Positions 47,651-60,400 of a stretch of DNA of 64,000 nucleotides are shown here, piece after piece. This DNA comes from Moniliella sp. 'wahieum'. Its lineage: Eukaryota. Location: NCBI GenBank assembly GCA_003971905.1, contig RSEE01000016.1, positions 372,001 through 436,000 of the forward strand. Direction: 5' to 3'. The notes beneath the pieces are model-generated. The model worked only from the letters and a program-made list of their open reading frames with translations, had not been told where the DNA came from and did no database searches. Every line of letters begins with the position of its first letter. The first letter of the stretch is position 1. A program made the position numbers and the translations under genes.

Positions 47651-49084
47651 TCAGCGGAAACGCGCGAGCCGGAAGCACCAAAAGAGACGGTTGCCTTGGG
47701 GTTGGAGAGGGGGCTCATGGTGGAGGGAGTTCCCTGTCCGGTGCCTCCCATACCACACATCGAGCCTCCTTGCCCAAAACCCACCCCCCGCGGACGACCC
47801 GCCCCCGCCGGAAAAACCGCTCTGGGAGTTGACGTCACCACCAAAACCATGTCGCGGTGACGAGGCAGAGAAGGAGGATGTGTCAGAAGGCTCGCGCTGC
47901 GCGACCATCTCCAAGAGTTTGGTGTAGTCGTCTTGAAAGTGGCGTGCGGCAAATGTTGTGTCCTGGAGACCATGGAGCAAAAAGGAACGCAAGATACCCT
48001 CAGAAACTGGTGCCGGCAGGAACACACGCATCTTCTCAACGATGCGGCGATGGCAATCTACATACTCTGCGCCCGAAGAAGTTCCTAGGCGGAGCTCGGA
48101 AAGTTCTTGGAAAAGATCAACATGTTCAGTCACAGAATAGTGAGCATAACGTTGTCTCAAGAGCAGGAACAATACCGAAGCAAGGCCCCCAGTCTGTTGG
48201 ACGTTGAATGATGCGCTAATGTCTCCGTGGAGAAAAGCAAGGAGAGGAGTGTGCAAGCTGCGGTCCAGCTGAACAGAGTAGTTCGGGTTCTCAACACCAG
48301 CCAGAATCAAAGTGCGGGCCCCATGGGCATAATGTTTGTCTAGCTTTCTTAAAATGTAGTCCGCCCATAACCAGAAGTCTTGGCCAGCCTCAAACTTGTC
48401 GAGATCGTTCACGTTGTGTGAAAGCTCCATCAACGACAAGAAAACCGCCGCTTCCTTAACAGACAATGAAATGTCCTCGGCAGGGTTGTCGGACGTTAGA
48501 TTCTCCAGAACTATGCGAGTAGCCGCCACGCCCACGTCAGCACCCCAAAGTTTCTTCGCCAGGTCCTGGAGACGGTCCTTCGACACAAAGCCACTAATTT
48601 TAGTGAGCATGGAGATGATCGTGGCATCGAGTACAGGAGAGGGTGGTGGATTAACTGTCGGAACAGGGGCATTGATCGTTGCCGTCGAAGTCGGTAGGGT
48701 TTGGACGGACCGCGGGGTCGTGGCAGGTTCCAGACGGTCGGAGGGTGCCGGGGATGAGTTGTGGGAGAACCAATCACTGGAAACTACCGGCTTATCATCG
48801 TCCTCAATCATTTTCCCGATGTCCTGGTCGAGTGATGAAAGTAGGGACAAGATGGCTTGTAGTTGATTGTTAAACTGTTGAAGATGGTCATCACCTTTTT
48901 GCGCCACCAAGTGCCTTTTCCCTTCAAGAACATGGTAAAGAGATTGGTATTGATGAAGCTGCTCCTTGGCCAGCTGAGAGGTTTGTTCCAAGGAGAGTCC
49001 TTCGGTAGGAAAAGGCGACGGAAGATACTCTTCGACCCAGTTATGGTTCGGAAGGCGAGGGGTAGGGTGTGGAGTGGCGCTCAT
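47651..49084 (-). CDS. Solitary Gag-like (Copia/UBN2-type) intronless ORF, 477 aa
   Basis: N-terminal coiled coil; DKFEAGQDFWLWADYILRKL; ASVLFLLLRQRYA..SVTEHVDLFQELSELRL..SGAEYVDCHRRIVEKM..VSEGILRSFLLHGLQD, which resembles the Copia gag core; Gly-rich tail. No pol or LTRs seen. Lower GC than host genes. Confidence 0.6.
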   Translation of the reverse strand: MSATPHPTPRLPNHNWVEEYLPSPFPTEGLSLEQTSQLAKEQLHQYQSLYHVLEGKRHLVAQKGDDHLQQFNNQLQAILSLLSSLDQDIGKMIEDDDKPVVSSDWFSHNSSPAPSDRLEPATTPRSVQTLPTSTATINAPVPTVNPPPSPVLDATIISMLTKISGFVSKDRLQDLAKKLWGADVGVAATRIVLENLTSDNPAEDISLSVKEAAVFLSLMELSHNVNDLDKFEAGQDFWLWADYILRKLDKHYAHGARTLILAGVENPNYSVQLDRSLHTPLLAFLHGDISASFNVQQTGGLASVLFLLLRQRYAHYSVTEHVDLFQELSELRLGTSSGAEYVDCHRRIVEKMRVFLPAPVSEGILRSFLLHGLQDTTFAARHFQDDYTKLLEMVAQREPSDTSSFSASSPRHGFGGDVNSQSGFSGGGGSSAGGGFWARRLDVWYGRHRTGNSLHHEPPLQPQGNRLFWCFRLARFR

Positions 49085-50128
49085 AGTTGACGAGAAATAC
49101 GCTGGACGAGGGAGGTGGGAATGGGGAGTGCTGGGTGATCACTGCCAGTGTACTCACTGGATGAGCGAGAAAAGAGTTGTGTAACCGGCGTGCGATGAGA
49201 ACTCTGGAGTCCTGATGGTCCACGAGGGTGAGATGCAATCGCACTAGTGATGGTGGTTGTGGTCTAAACGAAAGGAAACACCTACTACAGAGGGACATCA
49301 TACTGCCAGTCGCCACCAGGTCTATCTATACCCGCGGAATAGGGAAAACAGAAGTGAGAGAACAGCGGAGCCCCTAGGCCTCTGAGAAGGGACTGAAGGC
49401 ACCCTGGCCGAACACACGAGCCACCCGGTGGCTCAGCGCTCAATATGATAAAGCTGAGTTGACCAGGTTGCCCTGCCACTGGAGTAGTCTCCGTAACATG
49501 TAACCACTGCAGCGGAAACCTTTTTTTAGGCAGTTTGCCCTCCAGCCGAGCTTGTTGGACCTTGTTCAGGCCTCAGGAGCATCCACAATTGGCCGCAATA
49601 CCCAAGGCTGCCATCAGTGGTGTTGTAAGGCTACGGTATGGGGCATGTGGGAACTGGGGTTCGTACACCCCCTTTCCATAGGCTTCGATTTCCTCGTCTT
49701 GGAGGTGAAGAGAGTACTTGATTTCCGTGGCACAGCTTTGGGCGATCCTGGCACGGTGCATCTCAATGTCGGCGAGTTTTTTCTAATGAGCCGAGGGCTG
49801 GCTCTCTTTCGGCCACGTCAAGCATATACGTTGGCAATGCCCGGAAAGCCACACTGTTAGAGCATGCCTGGGGATTCTGCTCTCGCATTGACCTCCTCTG
49901 TTTGTTGAGACTTGAGAACGCTCTGGACTTGTGCACCTTAAGGCGCGAAAACAAGATTATCTCCGTCATTTCCTTTTTATATAAGACCGGTATCGCACCG
50001 AACCAGTTTTGAGAGACAGACGCAAGTACGCACAGTAAGCGGTTTCTCTTTCACGTAGGTTCTCCACCCTTTTCTCCCCTCCTCTTCTCGTTTCTTCTTG
50101 CACTCGGTTTGATATATTCTCGTCTTCG

Positions 50129-51267
50129 TCACACAAAAACACAGAAACCAACCCCTATGAATCGAGTCACGATTGGGATGTATATTGAGCCATGTAATGT
50201 GTCCATTGCTTCTTTTTCATAGGTACAGGTTTCCATCGCCAGTTGCACGCGCTGCTCGTCGGACAGATCGAGAGAGACCGAAGGCGCTGATACGGCATCT
50301 TTCCACTTGAGCTGCCTCAAGGGTGCGAGGGTGGTCAAAAAGGGAACCAATTTGGTATCCGCAACCGCGAAAGCCGAGGTAATCGCCGCTTGATGTTCAG
50401 GTCCAAACGGGGGAGGAGGCCGTGAGGGGGAAGAGGCCCAGCGTACGTCTGATTTGGCCAGGCCCGTTCCATGGAACATTCCATGGGGTTGCTGTGAAAG
50501 GTACGGGGTAGCAATGACAAAAACTTGGTTCGCCCCTTGTTCCAGCGCAGCACTTACCATGCTTGCGCCAAGACCGACAAGATAGTTGGGCACAGTCAGG
50601 CTAGCGACACCTTGCAGAGCCGAAAGAGCTTTGGGCTCGTAGCCATGGGCCAAGTATCGCACCTTGGGGCCGTATCCTTCATCGCTGTTATCCCGCCCGT
50701 CATTCCAGGGTTGAATGTAGGTTCCAGCATTGTACGAGGTGAGAAGAACCAAGCTGGGTTGCGAGTGGAGGAAAATCAGCACATGTAGGACGCATCGGGG
50801 AAAACAGACATGGGAGAAAAAAGACCACAGGGATCACGTACCTCTTTGGCTTCAGCGTTTCAAGCAACGTATGAGTAAGCGCAATGGATGCCTCGGGTAG
50901 GACCGTCACCGAGGGCGAAGGGCGGAGCAAGACAAAAACTGTCTCAGCATCAAGTAGGACGAGGGCTTGAAGGACATGGCCAACACCAGCAAATAGGTGC
51001 CCCACGACAGAAGGGCCAGATCCGGGAACGGATGCAGCTCCAAAGCAGAGAGGTACGAGTCGCCTGCTGGGCTCTCGAGCACGACGAGCCGTTTGCCCGT
51101 CGGGGCAGCGGAGGGGGCGTTGTCGAGCCACTGGAAGCGGGGCGCGGGCAGGGGCGGTGCCTGGCTGCGGGGAGGGGGGCGTGCTCGTCGTCGGAGGATT
51201 CCGAGTCGGACTCGAGCTGGTGGCGGGGGGGCGGGGCTTCGCGGGCAAAAAGGTCAAACTCGTCCAT
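50129..51267 (-). CDS. Conserved hypothetical protein, possibly proteasome assembly chaperone 1 (PAC1/PSMG1)-like
   Basis: MDEFDLFAREAPPPRHQLESDSESSDDE start; LTVPNYLVGLGASMVSAA; near-terminal GSIYI. GTACGT...CAG intron at about 50754-50841. The family call is from recall only. Confidence 0.45.
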
Positions 51268-51705
51268 GGCGGGGTGGGTGTGGGTGTGCGGTGGGGGGGG
51301 TACGCGGTGCTCGTTAACGGCGGGAACAGGCGGCACTTTTTGTATTCCAGCGGGGCCGCCCAGGCGGGGTTGTGCAGCTTGCAACGTTGCAAAAGCGTCG
51401 TGGACTGTGACGCGGCCGCTGCGTTCCGCCCTGTTCCGCCGGGAGGGGCAGATGCGATCACGTGATGCACTGGCTGCGGCGAGCGTCGGAGGTTCAGCGG
51501 CGCAGTCATCGGTCACCGGTCACCACGGCGAGCCACGGGCAGCGCTCCGCCCACGCGGACGCTGTGGTGGCACGGCCGTCTTTGCCTCGCTGTTCTCGGT
51601 GCTGGGTAAGGCCACGAAGGCGTCCCACTCGTCCTCCTCGTCTCCTGCCCCCTCCTCCCTCCTTCCACCGCCTTCCACCGCCTCCATCGCCTCTGCCGCC
51701 CCAGC

Positions 51706-52712
51706 ATGCCCCCGCCCTCCGGCCCGCCTGCTGCGCCCCCTGGGCCTGCCGCTCCTGAGGCACGCCGCTCGTTTGACGACGATGAGGGGTATGGGATCGA
51801 TTCCTACCAAGCCGGCACAGGCGGCATCCCCCCCCCTATGCGCCGTCTGCGCCCTCGCCCGCCTCGGACCCACGCCTCCTCCCGGACATGCGCCCAGCCC
51901 CTCGGTCGGCAGGACGTTTGGGACCGGCATCAGCCCAGGCACTCGACCCGCCGGCACCACCGCCTATTCCTCCTCCCTGGGATGGAGCATCTCCAACCTC
52001 TGCTGGGCGGCCTGGGCTCTTCCCCGTTTAGCAGCGTTTTGGTCCTCATCTACGAGACGGAAAATGTACGTTGGACCGCCTCTCTTGTTGGGTTGGGCCA
52101 GCAGGACTAATCAGCATGTGCACCATTCCTTTCTCCTTGCCTATTGTTGCTTTGGCTTTGGCTCTCGCTCTTGCTTGCACGCTTATTCTTTTCCTTGCCG
52201 CATTGCCGTTCTTTACTTGACCCCAGGACTTGGCTCGCTTCCACGCCTACCAAGCCGGCGTGTGTGGGATAGCGTGGATCGTGGTCTTTTGGATCCTGCG
52301 CTCCCTCTTGGGCTGGAAAGCGCTCAGCATCATCTTTTTCAGGGCGGTATGGGGCTGGTTTGGGTATGCGGTCGGCGGCGGCTGAGAATGCCCCTTCGCC
52401 AGCGAGTGCCGTACATTGCTTACGCTGCGCCCATGGCCGAAGAATGGCTGGCCCAAGAGTAAGCGAGCAGTCCGTCTCGGCCTGGCTTTGGTTTCGCATC
52501 GGTTGGCCTTACTTCAAGCTTCATCCCCATAGTTCTCATTCCTGGAATATGCTCATCCCTTGTCCCAGCGACTGCTTCGACGCGTGGGCCGGCTTCCATG
52601 CTTCTTCGCCTTGTTGGTACCCACTGTCAGCCCTTTAGACGATTACGGTGGCGCCCTCATCGATGATCCAACACCATGGCTAGACCGGTCGCGCGGGCGG
52701 GTACCAACATAG
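51706..52712 (+). CDS. Small membrane protein of DUF4870/UPF0132 type
   Basis: After joining exons: YSSSLGWSISNLCWAAWALP-PFSSVLVLIYETEN/DLARFHAYQAG plus further hydrophobic segments. Introns at about 52066-52226 and 52459-52638. Confidence 0.65.
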
Positions 52713-53426
52713 ACTGTTATCTTGCTCTGCACGAACGCTCAACAGCCAGCGCACCCAAGCCGCCGGGGTTTCGTAATATGTGGGACACCAGCTCGGACGT
52801 ACGAGCTGGGGCTAGGATCGGCAGGATCGGCAGGATCTGTAGATAAGTTGCTGTCCGCGAGCTCGTTTCCCTTTCTCTTCATCGCCATTTCATCATTCGT
52901 ACGCGTAGTACCCCCGCCTGCGAAGACATCACCTTTGGAATGATTTCATCGAAGACGAGCCCCAGTGGCCCTGCTCAAACTCCAAAGGGACCAGGGACGC
53001 CCCCCTGGCTATGCGCAACGTGCTCAACGTGCAGTGCATACCGTTGTCAACACTGCCAACGGGTCTTCCTATAGCAAACCAAGGTTCGACCGTTGGTGAC
53101 GATGAACGGAAGGGGCACCGCCACCATCTTGATAGCTGATGTACCGCACCAAAGTGCTTTGTCTTGCTTCTACAGTACACATGTGCGCAGATAAACTCTT
53201 CGATAAGCATGCCGGACTATAGTGAGCTACATAGCTCGCGAGAGGTGGCGAGCGGGTAGCCTAGATACAGGGCATGGCATGCAGTGATACGCCCCAAAGA
53301 GTGTCACTATACTAAGCGAGAGTAATGAGAGGAGAAGAGCAAGATTAAAAGCAAAGTCGTCAGGTGGTTTTCTACCTGGAGAGCACACTGGTGCAAACGG
53401 GGATGGGGGGGTGGGAAGAAGCCTCC

Positions 53427-56400
53427 TTACGCCTCGGGGTTCTCGATCTCCTTAGTAGGCGCAGCCGGGTCGCGCTCGGGCGCCGAAGCATAATATGCCC
53501 AGTCGCGCTTGGGCACAGCCGCGGGGGCAGATTGCAGCAAGGCGCGGAACCGAACCGGATCCTCAATCGCCTCCTGCTCCAACACGGGGGTCGACGGCGG
53601 GACAGGAGTCGAAGGCACAGGGTGTTCAACGGCGGCAGCCCGTACAGCCTTGATTGCCGCCTTCACCTCTTCCACCGGACGGTCCGGGATGGTCTCGACC
53701 GGCTTGGTAGGCGAGACACCATCGACCGCGCTACTGCCTACAAGGTCCACCTTCGGCGTCACGGATTCGGCTTCGGCCGCCAGCGCATCCAACACCGCCT
53801 CGAGTGTGACGGGCAAATCGGGCTGGGTAAGTTGCGAGCACAAAGGATGGTCAGGCGAGGCGACCTCGCGGAGTTTCTGCTCAGCCACAGCCCGAGCTGA
53901 CACCGAAAGCGGCGTGGACGGCGTGGGCTGTGGGCGGGTGGTTGCTGGGACTTAATATGAGTAACCAGCTGAGCACGGTGGGGCGAGTCGGGGTGAAGGT
54001 AACGAGCAAAGAGGTCCTTGACCTGTTGGTGTGTCACCACCTTGATCTCCTCAACATCACCGTAGCGCCGCAAAAAGTCATAGTAGCGCGAGCTGATGTG
54101 GTACCAGTAGCGGGTACTCTCCTCAGCCAGTGACTTGTCCGACTCGGTTGCAGCGTGAATAAGTGACTGGCGGTGCCGCTCAAACTCTTCCGAGCTCATT
54201 TTGTCGAGCGTGTTGGAAAACTGACGGAGGAAAGCGTCGATGCGCGACTCGACGTATTCCGGCGATTGCTCCGATTGGACAAGCACTCGCCAGCCAGCCG
54301 ATCCAATCAGAATGCGGTCCGAGGAGAAGACCAAGTAGCCCAGTTGTTCCTTGGTCCGCAAAATGTCAAACACAGGCTCATTTAAGATCTGGGTAAGGAG
54401 TGCCAGGTGTGCCCGCAGCTGCGCGTTGGACAGGTCCCCGATTTGAAGGTAATACTCGATTGCGCTGTTGGGCTCGTCGGCCGAACCAACTTGCTGAGAA
54501 AAGACGTACTTCTTTCCCCATGGCAACAGCAGGGACCGGGGAGAGATACGCTCACCCTCCGATAACGCACGAGGAGAAATAATTTTCTCAGCATCCTCCG
54601 CCAGCTGGGTGGCTGCTTCGACCGACATGTTGCCGTGTACGAGCAACTCCATATGCAACCGACGAAGTACGTCAGACAAGAAGGTTTGAATCTCATCCGG
54701 CGTCAAGCTGGTCACTTCAGCCAACTTGTCCTGCGGCGTCCACATCTGCTCCATGAGGAGGTAGGTAGTGTAGTAGTTGGCATGTGATAGGGAGCCTCGT
54801 GCTTGAAGTTCTCGTACATCCGTACCACTTGGTCCTTAATCAGAACCGGGTTGGGTCAACGACAAAGTTACGCATCGTCTTCAGAATGTGAAGGACAAGG
54901 TGGGGAAGCTTGTCATTGTATCCGTGGACGCTCAACCCCATTCCGTCCATTGATGCCTCGAGGCTGTACCACAGACCGGCCAAGCGCATAGCTGTACTCG
55001 GTCAGGACATCCTTCAGTAGTTCAACCAGCATGCGCGACTTGACCGCATTAGCCGGCGTGGCATGAGCAAAGGCGACCTAAGCTCCATGTAGAACTGGGC
55101 CTTGGGGCGGAAGAAACGGTCATCCTGCTTGTGCCAAAGACGGACAGTGGGTGTGTTGCGGATTAAGACGGGACGCATTGTTGAGGTTCCTTGCCCTTGA
55201 GAGCCTCGCCCGGCACATCAAAGTTTTCAGGAATGAACAAATTGGGGTGCGGCAGTGCCAACGCAGGAGCGCCGTTTCGGGGTTGGTGATCGAAGGGCGC
55301 TGCGTAGGGTCCGGAAGCTTTTCAAGAGTGTACTCGGTGCCATACCAGCGTTTTGTTCTGGTACGCGTCCGTCCCATCAGGCATCGTTTGCGCCGTGACA
55401 TACACCCGGCAGACTGCGGAGTGAAGTATTCCACAAACGACGGATCAAGTCCTTGTCAAACTCGCGAGGTAAATAAGGCCCCGAGAGAATCCACTCACGC
55501 GGGTAATTACGCTGCATTTGACTTGATAGTTCCGAGGTATAGGACGAGGGCGACTCCTTTTCTTTAAATTTGAAGTCAAGCTGGCTGAGTTTCTTGACCT
55601 CTTCGAAGGCCCAGTCTTGCAAGCTGCCTTCAGTCTTGAGAGCGAAATGTAATCAAAATCACCTTTAGCACGATTCATACTCCTTCATCCCGCTCGTGGT
55701 CAAATCGACCGAAATCTTAAAGAAGCCAAACCCGTTTGCCATATCACTCGCCCCAGCCGAAAAGTGGTTGGACCACACGGGCCTTGAGCAAAGACAGAAT
55801 CGAGCCAGGACCCTCATGGCCAATCAGATGACTCAGGAACTGGGCGGGCTTGGTCTTGAAGTAGGGGTTCTGGTCGGGGATAGGGAAGGTAATCAAGAGG
55901 CGCGGACATCTTTAACAGCGCGGTAGAAGACCTGGGTCTGCAGCTGCTCAGGCAGAAGAGGCTCGGAAGAGAACTTGGGTGGGGAAATGTTGTGGTTGGG
56001 AACGGCACTGAACTTGTCCACCACGTAGTCGGTGAGCTGATCCAGCGACTCCCGGCCCAAGACGACAAGCTTCATGACGTTGGCTGAATAGTAGCGCTTG
56101 TGGAACTTGAGCAACTCATCTCTCACGTTCTGCCCGCGCTTGAGAGGCTCATCCCAAAGCGTCACTTTGCTTCCCGTGCCAAACTTGTGAAAAGGATGGG
56201 CGGGGTTGGCCAGTGATTTTTCGATCTGGAAGCCACGCCACATGTCGGACTGAAAAAATTGTCAACAGGGATTGCCAGGAAAAGCAAGAGTAAACGTACC
56301 TGCAAGTTCTTCTTATTTTCGCTATCAACAGCCCGGATCTCACGCTCGGTGCAGGAGGCGTCAAAGAGGGGCGCAATGAAGAACTGGGAAAAGCGATCAG

Positions 56401-57052
56401 GGCACCCTCGAGGTGAGCATGGCCAACCGAGAAGAAGTAATTGGTATTCTCCATACCAGTGTAGGCATTGGAACCGCCATTGTGCAAAGCAAGAAACTCG
56501 GAATATTCGTTCTCGCGCGGGTACTTGGCCGTGCCGAGGAAAAGCATGTGCTCGCAAAAGTGGGCCAGGCCACTCAGATCGTCGGGGTCGGACAGATGGC
56601 CAACGTTGACGTCCATGGCAGCACTGGCTTTGTCGGTGGTAGGGTGAATGAGGAGCACTCAAGGCCATTGGCGAGGGTGACAAGGCGGTAGGAGCGGTCG
56701 TCAAGGACGGGCTTCTCCATCGGGCTCAAACACGGCGAAGGAAGGGAGGCGAAGGTGGCATCGGCACCGCGGCGCGGAAGTCTTGAGAGCGTAGCCGGGC
56801 GGGAGAGGCGGGAAGGACGACGGGGCCGGGGAGCTACCTGCGGCGGAGGCGAGGGGGGCAGCGGCCGTGGCGAGAGATTGGCGCGCTGGGCAGCGAGGGC
56901 AGGTGGGACAGACGCATGGCGGGGCGTGCTTTGTGCGTGAGGGTGCGGTGGGAAAGGGCGGGGCAGAGGCGGCAGCGCACACGCACGGGCGGCAGCTGGC
57001 GTGGCTGCGGTCCGGCGGGCAGTGGCGAGGAGGGCGAGGCGGGGGCAACATG
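53427..57052 (-). CDS. STE23: Insulin-degrading enzyme / Ste23-like M16A zinc metallopeptidase
   Basis: [52 protein letters not shown] (HXXEH); [60 protein letters not shown]. Start and stop are uncertain because of frameshifts. Confidence 0.93.
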
Positions 57053-57469
57053 TACAGAGCGCACGCGCGGAGCCGAAGCGGGCAAGCTTGCAAGCAAGCG
57101 GAGCAAGCGAAGCAAGCAGAGAGGCGGCGGAAGCGCAGACGCAGGAGCGAACGCGAAGACGCGGTGGGTACGAAGGCCCGAGCCGAAGTGGGGGTGGTGG
57201 TGGTGGCGGTGGCGGACGAAGAGCGGAGCACAGAGCAGAGGATGGGCGTCGGCTGCGTCGGGGGATCGTTTGCGGTGGCTTGGCTCTGGCCTGCTCTGGC
57301 CGCTTCGGAGCAGCGGGGCTGCGTTGTCCGGGTCCGGCAATTTGATTGCATGCACGTCCACGCCTAGGGTTGCGCCGCACCCCCTAAAGCCACACTGGCC
57401 CCCGCTGGCCTCCGCGGGGGATTTGGTAATCCCCGGCGGCTTGGGACGGCAGCCTGCAATATTCAACGG

Positions 57470-60400
57470 CATTGGACAGACGCCGAAGGAAAACCGTCGG
57501 GATTTCAGGAATTTCGGGGAGCACGCTTCCTGTTCTTGGATGGAAGCTTGGCCCGAGAAGGCAAGTAAGGCCGCTGTAAGGCCGCTGTCGTCATTACAAT
57601 CATCGTTTGCCAGTATGGCTGCCAGCCCACTCTCATCAACGTTCAACTTGAACTGCTTCAAGGCAGCCTCCAAATGCAACCAAACGTCCATCATTCCAAA
57701 AGTCCACAAAAAGTCCAACGCTCCACGGCCAGTCCATGCGAGAGTAATCCAAACGAGTGGAGAAAAGCGACAGGAGATCAAAAAGGGGATGCAGGAGCGT
57801 AGCGTTACCGGAACACCAGACGAGACAGGGGGGCCATATGGGGGGAAGGAAAACGTATCAAAGGAGATCAAACTCAGAAAGAGAAGACACTGCGTGAGCG
57901 CGAGCGTGAAGCCGAGCCGAGTACAGATAACTCAAGGACGAAGCCAGGAACAGGCCACGGTCATACCCATCGCGGTCGTAATCAGACTCTCGGCGACACG
58001 AAAGCCATTGGAAAACGTCGTCTCGGTTGTTGTCGAGTCATTAGACTGTGCAAACAAAAGCAGCCTTGCCCGTGAGCCATGCCCGATGGAAGCTGATACA
58101 GCATCCCCGGTACGCTCACCGTAAACGAACGGCCATTGGCAAATCGACCGTACACATTGCCCAAAAAGGCGACCGTCAACGATCCAAACATCGCAAGCAA
58201 TCTGCCCGATTCGACAACAGCGGTCGCAACGCGGTAAAATGCGATACACACCACCCAGCAATCGAGATGATGAGAAGAATGGGGTACTCGCGTGTACGCA
58301 ACGTGGCCTGGTTGCGCAACGCCAGGCCCGTGGTGTAGGCTGGCACGGTCAAGAATGCCCACCAGTACCCGACCCCATTTCTCCACCATTGCCCCGGGTG
58401 GTTTTGCAAACGAGCAGTTGGCCATCTGGGGAGGCAAGTTGACTGGTTGGCCCGAGCACAGGGTCCAGACAGCCGAGCCAAGGGAGACGCCAAAACCGAG
58501 AAACAGACTGTTCAGGACCCCGAACGCCATCCGAATGGCACCGGGGACGATGCTGCGACGATTCTGAGCCTCGAGCGAGGCAAAGAGGTGTGAGGGAAGG
58601 CAAGATCAAAACGATCGAGCCCCCCAGCGCAGCCGAGGAACAAAAGTAACCCTTGCCGTTTTGAAACACGGCCGAGGTAATGAAAGAGTTGACTCCGGCC
58701 ACCAACAGCTCCATCCCTGTGGTAGAGTCGGACGTGAAAAACAGCTGACAGGCCACAACCAGAGCGCCCAGTACGCCCGCCAGCATCGCGTCAATCGGGC
58801 TGCCGCTGAAACCCATGGGTCCCAGAGTAATGCTGCTGAGCAAAGCGCGCACCCACAAGAATAAGCTTAACGCGTCCAAGGTGGGCGGAGAGCACATCAG
58901 CTCATCGAGATGGATGCTGGCTTCCTGCACTCCAATTTGGTCGTGTATCACGGCCCATACAGATCGTGGGTGGAGGATAAGCGAGTCAGATCAAGGGTAG
59001 GCGCTTGCTTGATGATGTGTTGCTCACTGGTGTGAGTGAACGTGTCTTGGAAAGAAATAAGAAGCATTTGCGGTAGAAAGACACATTGGCAATTGACGTC
59101 CAACACTCTCGCCGTTTTCAGTACTTGAACATCAATCCGATGCGGCGGAGCTCCAAACATGAGCAAGCATCGAGTCAGCTTGAGGAGGAAGTCTTGACGC
59201 TCCAGCAATGCCGCCACATGCGTGTGATCTGTCATTCAAGGCCAAAAGAGCAGATACGATCAGTCCGGTTCGTTCTCATTAGGGGAAAAAAGAGACGTAC
59301 ATAAACTCGCTCGCGCTTCATCAGATTCTTACGCTTTTAATCTTTTTCCTCCAAGCCCGACGAGAATCTAAATTGTCCTTCGAATCAAGCTCTGACCCAA
59401 AAGCGATGGAGGAACCTGGCGCGAGAGTTTGCGCGCGCGAGTAAGGGGGAATGGGAAGACCAAAGTAGTCCCCTGATCCCCAACTCGAACCTGCGGCAGC
59501 CGATGTGCTAGGCAGGGCGAGGCAAAAGGGTTGCCCATCTCGGCAGGAGAAGGACCACTCCAAGATCCAAATGCATCCCCCGATCGAGACGGGGATAGTC
59601 TTGGCCACCGTTGAGGGAGAAGTCCACTTCAGGTGAGGTCGCTGACAAGCTTGATTTCCCCATAGCGATGAGTGTGTTGGACGGAAGCAAAGGGGGCGCT
59701 AGAGGAACTTTTTCTCCCGCGATAGGGGGTGGTAAGAGTGGTTTGAGAAGGGTTATTGGGCAAGAGGGGCGTTCCAGGCATACTGCCCGTGGCGGTCGAA
59801 CCAGCCAAGCCAGCGGGACGTTTGAGCATTGGGTACAGCCCCGTCGCACCCGATAAGAGGAGCGCCCATGGATGGAAGGTGGAGGTGCACTGGCTTCGGC
59901 AAGAATTTGGCGGGTATGCTGGAGCGTGCGTGCATTCATCTCGGGCAAAACGTATCGGTCCAACTTAAATCCGGGCCGGTTGGGTGCAGCACCCAAGGTA
60001 GAGTGTAGTGGACTGACACTGCCAATCAAACTGCCCGTAGAGGCCACCAGTGCGCCAAACACACCAGCCCCGCTCCGGGCCGCTTGGGGACGCTCAATCA
60101 TCTCGAGGTAACCGGGACCAAATCCTAGGCTTTATCCCGCGCCTGGCGAGCTGAAGAAACGTGCCCTGTTGATCAGCCTCCTCGCCCTCAGTCTCCGCAG
60201 GCATTCTTTGGACTGGGGGAAGGGGGAGAGGAGAAAGGGGGAGTTCGCGGTGCATGTGTTCCTCTTGACCGTCCCAGTCACTCAAGCCACTGGTAATCTC
60301 AGAAGTAGTGGCATGTGAGAAACTGGTAGAGCCAGCATGGATGGCCCTTGCGCTCTTGTTCGTACAGCATCAAAAGCGAAGCCAAGACCCCACTTCCATG

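Noticed and set aside
50888..52462. Long 524-aa plus-strand ORF (likewise 56916..58124, 60810..62051, 38656..39669 and similar)
   Set aside because: These are antisense or off-frame shadows of real GC-rich genes that read through introns, with no recognisable domain of their own.
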